Part shown: in pieces, positions 36,453-45,063 of the stretch
Layout: each line of letters begins with the position of its first letter
How positions within the stretch are numbered: position 1 is the stretch's first letter
Virus record (IMG/VR): IMGVR_UViG_3300032218_002410
Span: 1 to 46,810 of that record
Source of the DNA: a virus
Lineage: Duplodnaviria; Caudoviricetes
Reading direction: 5' to 3' (one strand)
Length of the DNA: 46,810 bases
Program-made: the position numbers and the translations under genes
Notes under the pieces: generated by a model
Told to the model about the DNA's origin: nothing
What the model saw: the letters and a program-made list of their open reading frames with translations, nothing else
Database searches by the model: none

Positions 36453-37179
36453 GAGCCTGCAACCTCCCATCCAGAGTTTCCAGGAAGCACTCGCGGGAGG
36501 ACTGGGTCTCGTCGGTGTACATCCTGATGCAATCGTCGATCTCGTCAGGATCGAGCCGGAAGCCGGTGGCCTCCATCTCAACCACCGCTGGAATCAGTGC
36601 GCACTCGATCTTGTAAATGGTGCGGAGGCCCTGGGCGTGGATCTTTTCATGCAGCACGCCGGCCGCATCCATCGTGTACTTGATGTCGTTCATTGCATAG
36701 GTGAGCTTGTCTGGGGTCAACTCTTCGTTCATCCAGTCGGATGACTGAAGCGTTTTATCGATCTTGACCTTCAGCTCTCTGTTGCAAATCGCTTCCAGGT
36801 TGTGCTTGAGCTTTGCCATGCCGTTGTAACAAAGTTGACTGGCGATGTAAGTGTCGTAGAAGGTTGGGCGGTGAGTAACGGTGGGCTTGCCACCGAGATA
36901 GATACCGCAGCCGAGCATGACGCGGTAATCAAAGGCCAGAGCCTGTCCGGTAATGACCGACGCTTCCTGCTCAAGGAATTCACGGATGCACTGCAGGTGG
37001 GCAGTGCCAAGTTCCAGCGTGTCGAGATAGAAGCTGTAGCCGTCCTCGTTGCCGAACTGCAGCAGCCGGACCTGCAGCCACCCTTGAAAAGACAATGGTG
37101 CCAACGCTGTTTCCGTGTCGAACACGTAGGTCAGCCCTAGGCGTTCAAACTTGGCTTCGAGATCTTTGGTCGTCAGCAT
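36445..37179 (-). CDS. polA: family A DNA polymerase, 3'-5' exonuclease half plus first thumb helix
   Basis: ExoI FDTET, ExoII-like ALAFD, ExoIII YAMND, then IE..L.P....ME..GF.LD; AGGAG RBS before ATG 37179. Confidence 0.88.
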   Translation of the reverse strand: MLTTKDLEAKFERLGLTYVFDTETALAPLSFQGWLQVRLLQFGNEDGYSFYLDTLELGTAHLQCIREFLEQEASVITGQALAFDYRVMLGCGIYLGGKPTVTHRPTFYDTYIASQLCYNGMAKLKHNLEAICNRELKVKIDKTLQSSDWMNEELTPDKLTYAMNDIKYTMDAAGVLHEKIHAQGLRTIYKIECALIPAVVEMEATGFRLDPDEIDDCIRMYTDETQSSRECFLETLDGRLQAHG

Positions 37180-37263
37180 CAACCGACTCCTGGGCGGAGA
37201 AGGCGATGCCAGCACTCATGATTCATCGGGCTGCGCTCCGTGTCGCAGTGGATTACGTGGCTG

Positions 37264-37292
37264 AGTATGTACGCCACTTGGGAGCACGTCAA
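37264..37292 (-). promoter_or_regulatory. sigma70-type promoter for the polymerase operon
   Basis: minus strand TTGACG-17 nt-CATACT. Confidence 0.6.
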
Positions 37293-37379
37293 GCAGTAGG
37301 CCGGCCGGATTCAGTTCTGGCCCTAGCAAACGAGCAAAACCACGAATTGGCGTAGCCGATATCTTGAGGTAACGATAGG

Positions 37380-39791
37380 GTGCCCGTGCATTGGCTAGCG
37401 ACCGTGGTGGATTGGGGACAGACGGATGAGCACATCCGGCAGCTCGGGATTGAGGCAGATGGTGAGCTGCGACTGGCTTTGTTCCCCCCGAAAGGCGGCG
37501 AGGGCAACACCGGCTGTCGGTATGTCCCCTACGTCGCCGACGGCAGCCACCGGTCAGAGGTGGAAAAGCTGCTCAACCAGCTGCCGAACTACAGCCTGGG
37601 GTTCATCCCCAACCCCGGCGGCACCCAGAACATCCAGATCAAATGGTGCCGGTGCCTGTTCTCAGAGGACGACAACCCGGACACCGACAAGGAGTACAAG
37701 GTCAGCCAGTGGGAACGGTGCGGCCTGCCGCGCCCCAGCCTGCAGGTGTGGACCGGCGGCAAGAGCGTCCATAACTATTGGGTTTTCACTGAGCCGGTCA
37801 CACCGGACGAGTTCCGCCGGCTGCAGAAAATGCTGTTCGCGCATATCAGCGCATCAGATGAGCTGGCGGTCGTGGACACATCCCTGTCCAAGCCTGCGCA
37901 GCTGCTGAGGTTGGCCGGTGGCAAGCACCCAAGCACCGGCAACCAGGCCCTGGTGATCAGTGCCACGGGTGAACGATTCACCCCGGAGCAACTGGAGGCC
38001 CTGATAACCCCCGGCGCCCATGCACCCGCCAAATCGCAGTTTGCAAACAGCGAACGTGCACAACACGCCGAGGACGGCATTCCTTACGAGCGCCTGACCG
38101 CCACCCAGAAACATGCGGTGGTGGTTGAAGCCCTGCGTTTTGCACCCCAGCGAGGGGAGCCAGGTAGTGGCACCTACCCAGCAGCGCGGGACATCCTGGC
38201 TGCCCTGGTTCACGAGTACGGCGTGGATCTGGCGCTGGAGTTGGCGGCCCAGGCACGCTGGAGCCAGGAGCACTGGGATATTGAGAAGACGGCGGCCTCA
38301 CTGGTGGATGCACCGCAGTTGCGCAAAACCATCTGGTCCGTTTTTACAGCCGCGCAGGCAAACGGTTGGGTCTGCCCCTGGCCCCTCAATAGAACTGTCA
38401 AGGCGGGGGATAGTCAGACTGAGGCGGATCCCCTGCTGCAGGAGCTTAAACAGGCTTCCTTGCGTCAGTGGACTGAAGCCCGCGCCGCGCACTTCTCATT
38501 GGCCGACGTATTCCACCCCAACATTGCCGCCATGCTGGGAGGTCGCGCCGAGGCTTTCCCAGTGTCCGACGTGGCGACCCTCGCACCCTTCATCACCACG
38601 ATGTCCTCGGTGCTCGGCAAACGTTACGTAGTGGAGGTGAAAAAGGGCTGGCGTGAACCCTGCATCTTCTGGATGGGCACGGTCGCACCGGCCTCGTCAC
38701 TGAAAACACCAGTGGCCAACCAGTTTCTATGGCCCCTGCAGAAGCTCGATGGGGCAGCCCAGCGCGCCTACAAAGAAGCCGTGCGGGCCTGGAAAGCAGC
38801 TCCCAAGGAAGAAAAGACTGCACCCCCGCAGCTCCCCCGCCAGCGCGTGGTGGTTGATGCCACGTTGGAGGGGCTAGCCACGCTGCTTGAGCGAGAGGAC
38901 GTGCCGGGGGTTGTCAGCTTCCACGATGAGCTGGCCGCCTTTATCGGCGATATGGACAAGTACCGGGCCAACAAGTCCGACCGGGCGCACTGGCTATCGA
39001 TGTGGTCCGGCGGCGGGCTGAACATCCTGCGTAAGGGCAGCGACCCGATTCACGTGGAATCCACCAGCGTGTCGCTGTTTGGCGCCATCCAACAGGACAA
39101 GCTGTGCGATCTGCTCTACGGCGACGACGCAGCTTCCAAGAGCGGCGATGGCTTTTGGGCCCGGTTCCTGTGGGTGGTGCCGCCGCACATCTTCCCCAAG
39201 ACCAACCTGAACGAGCACGAGATCAACGGTGAGTTGATGGAGCTGGTGGAGCGGCTGGATGCTTTCAGCAATCGACCGGTGGTGGTGCGCCTGACGCCAG
39301 AGGCTTGGGAGCTGTTCGCCGAGACCGCCGACGAGTTCAGCTACGAAGCTGAAAACACCTACGCCAGCCGGGCTGCGTTCCTGGGCAAACTGCGGGGTTA
39401 CCTGGCCCGATTTGCCGGGTTGCTGCATGCCCTTGACCACGTGGCACATGACGGGGTGATGGATCAGGTGGACCGGCAGATCCCCCGCAGCGTGATGGAA
39501 CGGGCGGTGATCCTGACCCGCTACTTCCTGAATCAGTTTGACGTGTTGGCTCCCGAGGTGGGAGCAAGCGACCTACCGGGTTGGGTGGTGAAGATCCTGG
39601 AATTCAGCAAGAGTGAGACGAATAAGACAGGGTATGTGACACCCCGTGATTTGATCCACCGCAAATGGGCAAAAGACTCTATGGATGCCAGCAATAAGCT
39701 TAAAAAGCTTGTCACAGACTACGGTTTGGGCCGGTTGGTGAAGACCCCCAGAAAGGATCAGGTGTGGTGGGAACCCGGTGCCAACTGTTAG
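37380..39791 (+). CDS. replication protein: RepB-like primase + DUF3987 (YfjI-like) NTPase/helicase domain
   Basis: F.E.D, P.P...V.TGGKS.H.YW, RLAG; then SSLKTP, DATLEGL, HDEL, FGAIQ, DGFWARFL. Confidence 0.85.
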   Translation: MPVHWLATVVDWGQTDEHIRQLGIEADGELRLALFPPKGGEGNTGCRYVPYVADGSHRSEVEKLLNQLPNYSLGFIPNPGGTQNIQIKWCRCLFSEDDNPDTDKEYKVSQWERCGLPRPSLQVWTGGKSVHNYWVFTEPVTPDEFRRLQKMLFAHISASDELAVVDTSLSKPAQLLRLAGGKHPSTGNQALVISATGERFTPEQLEALITPGAHAPAKSQFANSERAQHAEDGIPYERLTATQKHAVVVEALRFAPQRGEPGSGTYPAARDILAALVHEYGVDLALELAAQARWSQEHWDIEKTAASLVDAPQLRKTIWSVFTAAQANGWVCPWPLNRTVKAGDSQTEADPLLQELKQASLRQWTEARAAHFSLADVFHPNIAAMLGGRAEAFPVSDVATLAPFITTMSSVLGKRYVVEVKKGWREPCIFWMGTVAPASSLKTPVANQFLWPLQKLDGAAQRAYKEAVRAWKAAPKEEKTAPPQLPRQRVVVDATLEGLATLLEREDVPGVVSFHDELAAFIGDMDKYRANKSDRAHWLSMWSGGGLNILRKGSDPIHVESTSVSLFGAIQQDKLCDLLYGDDAASKSGDGFWARFLWVVPPHIFPKTNLNEHEINGELMELVERLDAFSNRPVVVRLTPEAWELFAETADEFSYEAENTYASRAAFLGKLRGYLARFAGLLHALDHVAHDGVMDQVDRQIPRSVMERAVILTRYFLNQFDVLAPEVGASDLPGWVVKILEFSKSETNKTGYVTPRDLIHRKWAKDSMDASNKLKKLVTDYGLGRLVKTPRKDQVWWEPGANC

Positions 39792-40062
39792 AACTGTTAG
39801 AAGAATTTTTGGCAACTGTTAGCCTCAAATCGACTGCGCTGGAATGGATTTGGCCAACTGTTAGAACTGTTAGTGTTAGACGGGGTAGGGGAATAAAAAG
39901 GAGGAGGGAAGGAGGGGTCTCAGTGAGTCTCAAATGCGTAGGGAAATAGAAAAAGTGAAAAAAGCTGATACCACTAACAGTTGATACCTCTACACCCCCT
40001 AACCCCTTGGTATCACACATATTTCAACTGTTAGAAACCCTTCTAACAGTTGTCTAACAGTT
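39783..40062. repeat. AACTGTTAG iteron cluster, candidate replication origin
   Basis: six forward copies (39783, 39792, 39814, 39856, 39865, 40026) and three inverted (39974, 40043, 40054) around a purine-rich tract. Confidence 0.8.
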
Positions 40063-40143
40063 CAGCAGTTGCAGCTCTTATGCAGCAGGCCTCACCAAGT
40101 GGCCATACGTACCTGCAAAGTGTGTGGGTAACGAGCCGACGCC

Positions 40144-40854
40144 ATGAGCACTAACCCAGCCCACTACGTCAACCCTGACGAGGTGATGGCAGCAGGTCGC
40201 CGCAAGATGCAGACCCTCGCCTTGCGCTTCTACCGCCAGGCCACCCAACCCAAATGGCTCAAGTGCAGCCAGGCCCTCTACAAGGAGGAGAAGTGGCACC
40301 TGCACTCAAGCCAGATCGGCGGCTTCAGCTACGGCAAGTTGAAGGATCCCTCACCCAAGAGCCTGTACGTGATGGGCCAGCTGAACCTGTCGCTGGCCGC
40401 ATCGCTGACGGATGCCAACGACAACCCGCGCTACCCCCAGGTGACCGGCGTCCCCAAGCTGCCGCAGGATCTCAAGCGGTTCTGGGGCAGCTGGGAACCG
40501 ATGGTGGACGCCCAGGGCAACGTGCTCGGGCCCGTCGAACTGTTCCGGGTGATGATCGACGACATCGACCTGGGCTTTGACGAGGAGCGCGTCATCCCGA
40601 TGGAGGCCGAGGAGGCCGTCAGCAAGGCCCTGGCCGTCCACGTGCGCCTGGCGCTGGCCAAGAAGGGGGTGGACTTCTTCAGTGCAATGGAGCAGTTGCG
40701 CACGGTGTGCCCGACGATGGAACCGCTGCTGATGGGCAAGGTGATCCCCGGCGACCAGCTGGTGCGCGACCTGCAGGCCATCAGCAATGCCATTGGTGAA
40801 ACGGATACCGACCTGTGGGTGCTCTGCCTGGATCACATCAACCAGGCGCAATAA
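40144..40854 (+). CDS. hypothetical protein, possible XRE-like HTH regulator
   Basis: 236 aa, high GC3; SSQI....YG....PSPK....G.LN resembles an HTH recognition helix. Confidence 0.55.
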   Translation: MSTNPAHYVNPDEVMAAGRRKMQTLALRFYRQATQPKWLKCSQALYKEEKWHLHSSQIGGFSYGKLKDPSPKSLYVMGQLNLSLAASLTDANDNPRYPQVTGVPKLPQDLKRFWGSWEPMVDAQGNVLGPVELFRVMIDDIDLGFDEERVIPMEAEEAVSKALAVHVRLALAKKGVDFFSAMEQLRTVCPTMEPLLMGKVIPGDQLVRDLQAISNAIGETDTDLWVLCLDHINQAQ

Positions 40855-40903
40855 AACGCAAAAACGTAGGTAGTAACGTAGGGAGGCATTTCCACGTAAG
40901 TCT

Positions 40904-41158
40904 GTGACCGCCATCCCGTCGATGCTCATGCCCCCTCGGCCGATGGGCAGCCAATCCCGCCGCACCGTCTGGAACGAAGAGAAGCGGCAGCGGACCTACA
41001 GCATCACGGACTCCGCCCAGACACTGGTCACCGACCTGGCAGAAGCCAATGGTATGAACCGAAGTGAGGTGATCGAGGTGCTGGTGCGCTGGGCCGTCAA
41101 GGAGGGCCTGGACCTGATCGAGCTGCGGTCCCTGCTGGCCAAAATGCTGAACACTTGA
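40904..41158 (+). CDS. ribbon-helix-helix DNA-binding protein
   Basis: RTYSIT strand, helix, G.NRSEVIE.LVR. Confidence 0.75.
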   Translation: MTAIPSMLMPPRPMGSQSRRTVWNEEKRQRTYSITDSAQTLVTDLAEANGMNRSEVIEVLVRWAVKEGLDLIELRSLLAKMLNT

Positions 41159-41182
41159 CGTAGCCATGTAATGACGTAGGAT
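41155..41182 (+). promoter_or_regulatory. sigma70-type promoter for the SSB/exonuclease operon, overlapped by ACGTAG boxes
   Basis: TTGACG-16 nt-TAGGAT; ACGTAG at 41158 and 41174, CTACGT at 41212. Confidence 0.65.
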
Positions 41183-41224
41183 TGCGGGACGGGTGACCCC
41201 CGCCACCGCACCTACGTCACAACG

Positions 41225-41833
41225 ATGCCTTTCATCAACGCCGCTGAAGTGGCAGCAAACTTCACCCAAATCAAAGAGCAATCTCAAGGCGGCTACCTCT
41301 GCATCCACAAGCTGCCCGTCACTGGTGGTGCTGTCCGGTTTTTCATCCTGTCCGAAGAGAGCCAGATCGGTCAGGAAGCTTGGTTCAAAAAGCTCGATGG
41401 CACCGGCAGCATTTCTCGTCGTTTCAAAAAAGCCCCCAGCCCTGCGCTGATCGCGGAATACGAGAAAGAGCTGGCCGCCACCATTGACCACCGTGAGGGC
41501 AAGCCCCCCACCAACGGTTACATGGCCTTTTTCGTGTACGACTACGAAGCCGCAGCGGTAAAGCTGTTGTCGATTACGCAAACCAGCGTCATCACCGCAA
41601 TCCTTAATTCCGTCAGCGACCCGGACTTCCAGCCCCTCAGTGACTGGGACATCGAGATCAACCGCAAAGGTGCATTGCTTGAGACCCGGTACACCGTGGT
41701 GCTGAAAAAGACCCTGCAGCGTGACCCCGATGTGAAAGCTGAGGTGGCAGCAGCATGGGCTGAGGCTCAAAAAGCCGGGTTTGACCTGGACCAGCACCTG
41801 CTGAACGGCAACCCCTTCGGTAAGTCCGCCTAA
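41225..41833 (+). CDS. putative single-stranded DNA-binding protein
   Basis: GGYL, VRF.IL, F.VYDYE, ITQ.S, D..I.R.G..L.T.Y, ends GNPF; precedes the exonuclease. Confidence 0.65.
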   Translation: MPFINAAEVAANFTQIKEQSQGGYLCIHKLPVTGGAVRFFILSEESQIGQEAWFKKLDGTGSISRRFKKAPSPALIAEYEKELAATIDHREGKPPTNGYMAFFVYDYEAAAVKLLSITQTSVITAILNSVSDPDFQPLSDWDIEINRKGALLETRYTVVLKKTLQRDPDVKAEVAAAWAEAQKAGFDLDQHLLNGNPFGKSA

Positions 41834-41883
41834 CCCTCACCCACACACAACCGCTGCCCGCATCTCATTTCCCACTGCCGGGG

Positions 41884-42006
41884 CCAGGTGGTGGATCAGC
41901 AGATCTCAGATGCACGAAGGGTTCCCATCGAGGACAACGTCCGGTTTCAAGCGTCGCTGCTCTCTCAGGCGTTGTAAGCACACCTGGGGCCTCTAACGGG
42001 GCCCCA
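41884..42006 (+). ncRNA. candidate structured RNA (family unknown)
   Basis: closing stem CCAGGTG/CACCTGG, inner AGCAG/CTGCT and GGAC/GTCC pairings, overlapping 3' hairpin. Confidence 0.35.
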
Positions 42007-42021
42007 CAACCTCACCTAGTT

Positions 42022-42288
42022 ATGACCACCACCTCACCACCTGAAACGCTTCAGAGCGCCACCCAGGAGCCTCTCTGCCCCGTCGCTGTACCCGGCAAGG
42101 TGCGCTATGGGCTGATGAACCTGCAGGGCCAGTACCTCGTCCACGCCTACAAGGTGGAGCACGGCTGGTCCGAATGGCACACCGAGCCCTTCGATGCCAT
42201 CGAGTGGGTGGATGAAGACTCCGTCTACGCCGCCGCCAAGGTCTGGCTGCAGATCCATAACCAGCCCCTCGTCGTGGTGCGGCTGTGA
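42022..42288 (+). CDS. hypothetical protein
   Basis: clean ORF with GTGA overlap into the exonuclease. Confidence 0.7.
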   Translation: MTTTSPPETLQSATQEPLCPVAVPGKVRYGLMNLQGQYLVHAYKVEHGWSEWHTEPFDAIEWVDEDSVYAAAKVWLQIHNQPLVVVRL

Positions 42289-42989
42289 GTGAATCCAGGC
42301 TTGACCCCGATCCACTGGGTGACTCGGCAGTCAGCGTCCAACGCCTACCCGATCACTCCGGCTACGAGGTCAAAGGGTTTGGCGTTTTGGCACCGGTTAC
42401 CACCGTGCTCAACCGCACCAGCAAGGGCAAAGAGCGGCTGGAGAAATGGCTCAAGCGCCCCGGCGCAGAAGCCGCCAGCAAAGCCGCCCGCACCCGTGGC
42501 ACCTGGACCCACCAGCAGATCGAAAACTGGATCTGCGGCCTACCAACGGAGAAGCATTTCGCCTTCTCCAGTTATTTCCGCAACGTGCGGCCATGGCTGG
42601 AGGAGAACTTCATCCGAGCCGTCGGGATTGAAAAGCCGATCTGGCATCCAATGCCCGCCGGTTTCGCCGGCACTTTTGATTGCCTCGGCTATGCCAAGGG
42701 TGAAAAGGATCCAGAGGGTGAGCTGCTCACCCTGATGGACTGGAAAACCAGTCAAAACGACCGGCGCAAGACTCCAGATCTCGTGATCGAGTACTGCCAC
42801 CAGCTCGGCGCCTACGCCGCCGGGATACGCAATACCTTTGGCATTGAAGTAGAGCGAGCACTGCTTGTTATCGCCAGGCCCCACGGCGATGGTCCCGACG
42901 TATGGGATTTCACCGCCGCTGAACTGGCTGAGTTTGAAGCGGCCTTTCTTAGCCGCGTAAGTAGCTATTACGAACTACTCAAAGACTAG
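42285..42989 (+). CDS. PD-(D/E)XK exonuclease (Cas4/RecB-like phage family)
   Basis: VTTVL, RGT..H, E......FAGTFD, MDWKTS, QL.AY. Confidence 0.9.
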   Translation: MSESRLDPDPLGDSAVSVQRLPDHSGYEVKGFGVLAPVTTVLNRTSKGKERLEKWLKRPGAEAASKAARTRGTWTHQQIENWICGLPTEKHFAFSSYFRNVRPWLEENFIRAVGIEKPIWHPMPAGFAGTFDCLGYAKGEKDPEGELLTLMDWKTSQNDRRKTPDLVIEYCHQLGAYAAGIRNTFGIEVERALLVIARPHGDGPDVWDFTAAELAEFEAAFLSRVSSYYELLKD

Positions 42990-43294
42990 TGATATTGCGA
43001 CTTCTGGCCTTTCTAACGCGCAACCGTCGCCCCCTCAGCCATCATGACAACATCGCCGCAGCTGCCCAAATGGCAAAGCAACAAAACTGCACGATCATCC
43101 GATTCCGCTACACCAACAAGTCGGATGCGATCTTCAAAATCAAGGGGGCGCTCCTCGGTGAGGCGCTCCATCAGAGGCTGGATGTGCTCCTGGATGAGCA
43201 CCTCAGCCCCGAACTCGTCCCGGTCATCGGTGTCTGCACCATCAACGACAACGGTGAGCAGGAGCGGGAGAACATCCGTCTCAACGTGGTCTAG
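42989..43294 (+). CDS. hypothetical protein
   Basis: TAGTG coupling to the exonuclease stop. Confidence 0.55.
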   Translation: MILRLLAFLTRNRRPLSHHDNIAAAAQMAKQQNCTIIRFRYTNKSDAIFKIKGALLGEALHQRLDVLLDEHLSPELVPVIGVCTINDNGEQERENIRLNVV

Positions 43295-43451
43295 GCGTCA
43301 GCTGGCGTTGCTTACCGGTTCCGCAATCCCATTTATCGTTGGATTTGCGCTCGGCGGCTACGTCTTCGACACCTACAACACGGGGACTAGAGCCATTCAT
43401 AGCCCCGCCCAACAGGTGCGCCATTCATACGGCCTCGGCGTTGGCCCTTAA
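43254..43451 (+). CDS. possible small membrane protein
   Basis: hydrophobic LALLTGSAIPFIVGFALGGYVF in the 3' part of track ORF 43044-43451; start uncertain. Confidence 0.4.
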   Translation: MSRSGRTSVSTWSRRQLALLTGSAIPFIVGFALGGYVFDTYNTGTRAIHSPAQQVRHSYGLGVGP

Positions 43452-43481
43452 GCGCCATTCATTGCACTGCGAGAGGGTCAG

Positions 43482-43742
43482 ATGCTGCATTCATTGCCGC
43501 CAACGGAGCCTGCTGCCTATGTCGACTACCTGCAGCCGCCGACGTACATGCGGGCCCGGTGTTGGCCTGTGCCCGGCGGCTACCGGGTGCAGCTGGATCC
43601 AACAGGCGGCGCCATCCCCGGCCCCGGCTGGCCCGCCCCTCGCACCTTCTGCGATCTGGGCGCAGCCATGGCCTGGGCCTACAGCCTCGATGCCCAAAAA
43701 GGCTGGCGCATGGAGGGCCTAACCCTCAGTGCTGGAGCGTGA
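43482..43742 (+). CDS. hypothetical protein
   Basis: 86 aa ORF with GAGGG upstream of the ATG. Confidence 0.55.
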   Translation: MLHSLPPTEPAAYVDYLQPPTYMRARCWPVPGGYRVQLDPTGGAIPGPGWPAPRTFCDLGAAMAWAYSLDAQKGWRMEGLTLSAGA

Positions 43743-43805
43743 CAGCAGAAAGCCTCCCATTGCTGAGCGGCACCGGCTAGTAGCCGTAGAGAGTTGCAGT
43801 CAGTT

Positions 43806-44270
43806 CTAGGGAACGACGGGCCCTGGAAACTCAAACTCGTCGGAACTTTCAGCCGACAGACAAGGCAGGATCACATCAGCGTGATCCGACAAACCTTTGA
43901 GGATGTTGATCAAAGCCTTAAATTTCATCCGATACACGGTCTGCTGAACCAGCACCGTGCCTTCCTCAAAGCCATCACTACCAGTGCAATGCACCAGCAT
44001 TGCTGGCTGATCCCAGAAAAGTACGTTCGGATCAACAGTCACCTCTACTTCGTATTCGTAGCAATCAGCAGGCAATGTCCGAGGTAAAGACAGGCTAAAA
44101 CTGACGGAAACTTTTTGAGGCGCAGCGGGATCGAAACCAGGTGTTCCAACTTGGTTGCTTACCCCGCCAATATCGAAATCAGGCACTAGCGCCAGCAAGG
44201 TGGTGTAAGCGGAGTACCCCCGGATCTTGTTTTCGTCCGTCAATACACCAAGCGGGTAGTCAGTAGACAT
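43806..44270 (-). CDS. hypothetical protein
   Basis: 154 aa ORF with natural composition, downstream of the RHH gene. Confidence 0.7.
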   Translation of the reverse strand: MSTDYPLGVLTDENKIRGYSAYTTLLALVPDFDIGGVSNQVGTPGFDPAAPQKVSVSFSLSLPRTLPADCYEYEVEVTVDPNVLFWDQPAMLVHCTGSDGFEEGTVLVQQTVYRMKFKALINILKGLSDHADVILPCLSAESSDEFEFPGPVVP

Positions 44271-44295
44271 GGGAAAAACGGCACTAGCCGTGAGT

Positions 44296-44329
44296 TTGAC
44301 ACCAGAAAGCCGGGGATCGCTCCCCGGCT
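44296..44329 (-). terminator. terminator-like GNRA hairpin after the RHH gene
   Basis: minus strand GCCGGGGA-GCGA-TCCCCGGC then TTTCTGGTGTCAA. Confidence 0.6.
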
Positions 44330-44360
44330 GGCCTACGTGAGGCCATTCATTACCCGCTCG

Positions 44361-44567
44361 TTAGCTGACCAGCGTCAGCTCCCGTTCGATCAAGAACGCC
44401 GCCAAGTTGCTGACGCTGCGCCCTTCGCGCAGGGACTTGGCCACCAGTTGATCGTGAACGCAAGCTGAGACGGTGATGGTGACCCGCACGGGCTTGCGTT
44501 TGGCCAGCGACACCCGCTCACGCAGGCCTAACCCTGCGGGGGGCGTTGGGTTGTGGTCGTATTGCAT
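44361..44567 (-). CDS. ribbon-helix-helix (CopG/Arc-like) regulator
   Basis: RKPVRVTITVS...L..KS..EGRS.SNLAAFLIE. Confidence 0.85.
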   Translation of the reverse strand: MQYDHNPTPPAGLGLRERVSLAKRKPVRVTITVSACVHDQLVAKSLREGRSVSNLAAFLIERELTLVS

Positions 44568-44591
44568 GGCACCGGAACGGTGAACTTCTCA

Positions 44592-44653
44592 AGTATACAC
44601 GTAGCCACGTAGCTAGCACACCACGTAGCGCACCCGTTACCACTTTGTATGAT
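44592..44653. promoter_or_regulatory. divergent promoter region between the RHH gene and terS with three CACGTAGC boxes
   Basis: minus -10 TATACT at 44592-44597, plus -10 TATGAT at 44648-44653; ACGTAG at 44599, 44607, 44623. Confidence 0.6.
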
Positions 44654-44679
44654 TTGTTTAACAAATCGCCCGTGTTGGT

Positions 44680-45063
44680 GTGGCTGACGAACAGCAAAAC
44701 AACCTGATTCCTGACCCACGTCCGGGTAAGAAAGGCGGTGGAAAGTGGAATTCCTACGAAATTGTCGAGCAGACCAACCACTGCGCAGAGCTGCTGGCCC
44801 TGGGATGGCAGCCATACCAAATCCGAAGAGAATGCGCGGAAAGGTATGGCCTCTCCCAGCGCACTGCTGAGACCCGAATAGCCGAAGCCCGCAAGCAGCT
44901 GGCCATCGACATGGCCGGTGTCGACCGTCACGAGCTGGCCGCCACCATGCTCGCCGAGCTGCAGAACGTGGTGAAATTCAGCTCTGCCAACAACCGGGGC
45001 AGCGATTGCATCGGCGCTCTCCGGCTGATGGCCGAACTGTGCCAGCTCAACCCCAAAACCTGA
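44680..45063 (+). CDS. putative terminase small subunit (HTH protein)
   Basis: 127 aa; HTH QI...C.ERYGLS.RT....I..AR plus helical C-terminus; no other terS candidate seen. Confidence 0.55.
   Translation: MADEQQNNLIPDPRPGKKGGGKWNSYEIVEQTNHCAELLALGWQPYQIRRECAERYGLSQRTAETRIAEARKQLAIDMAGVDRHELAATMLAELQNVVKFSSANNRGSDCIGALRLMAELCQLNPKT

Noticed and set aside
36453-36581. 43-residue N-terminal extension of the polymerase ORF given in the track
   Set aside because: overlaps the exonuclease ORF in another frame and looks non-protein-like; ATG 36452 has the Shine-Dalgarno
41900-41975. minus-strand CTGAGAG...GAAAC as a hammerhead ribozyme, or the GGGGCC ends as tRNA/tmRNA
   Set aside because: core does not match CUGANGA, flanking stems could not be built, and there is no T-arm or CCA end
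42285-42989. exonuclease as a CRISPR Cas4
   Set aside because: lacks the four-Cys Fe-S pattern and sits beside an SSB in a recombination block
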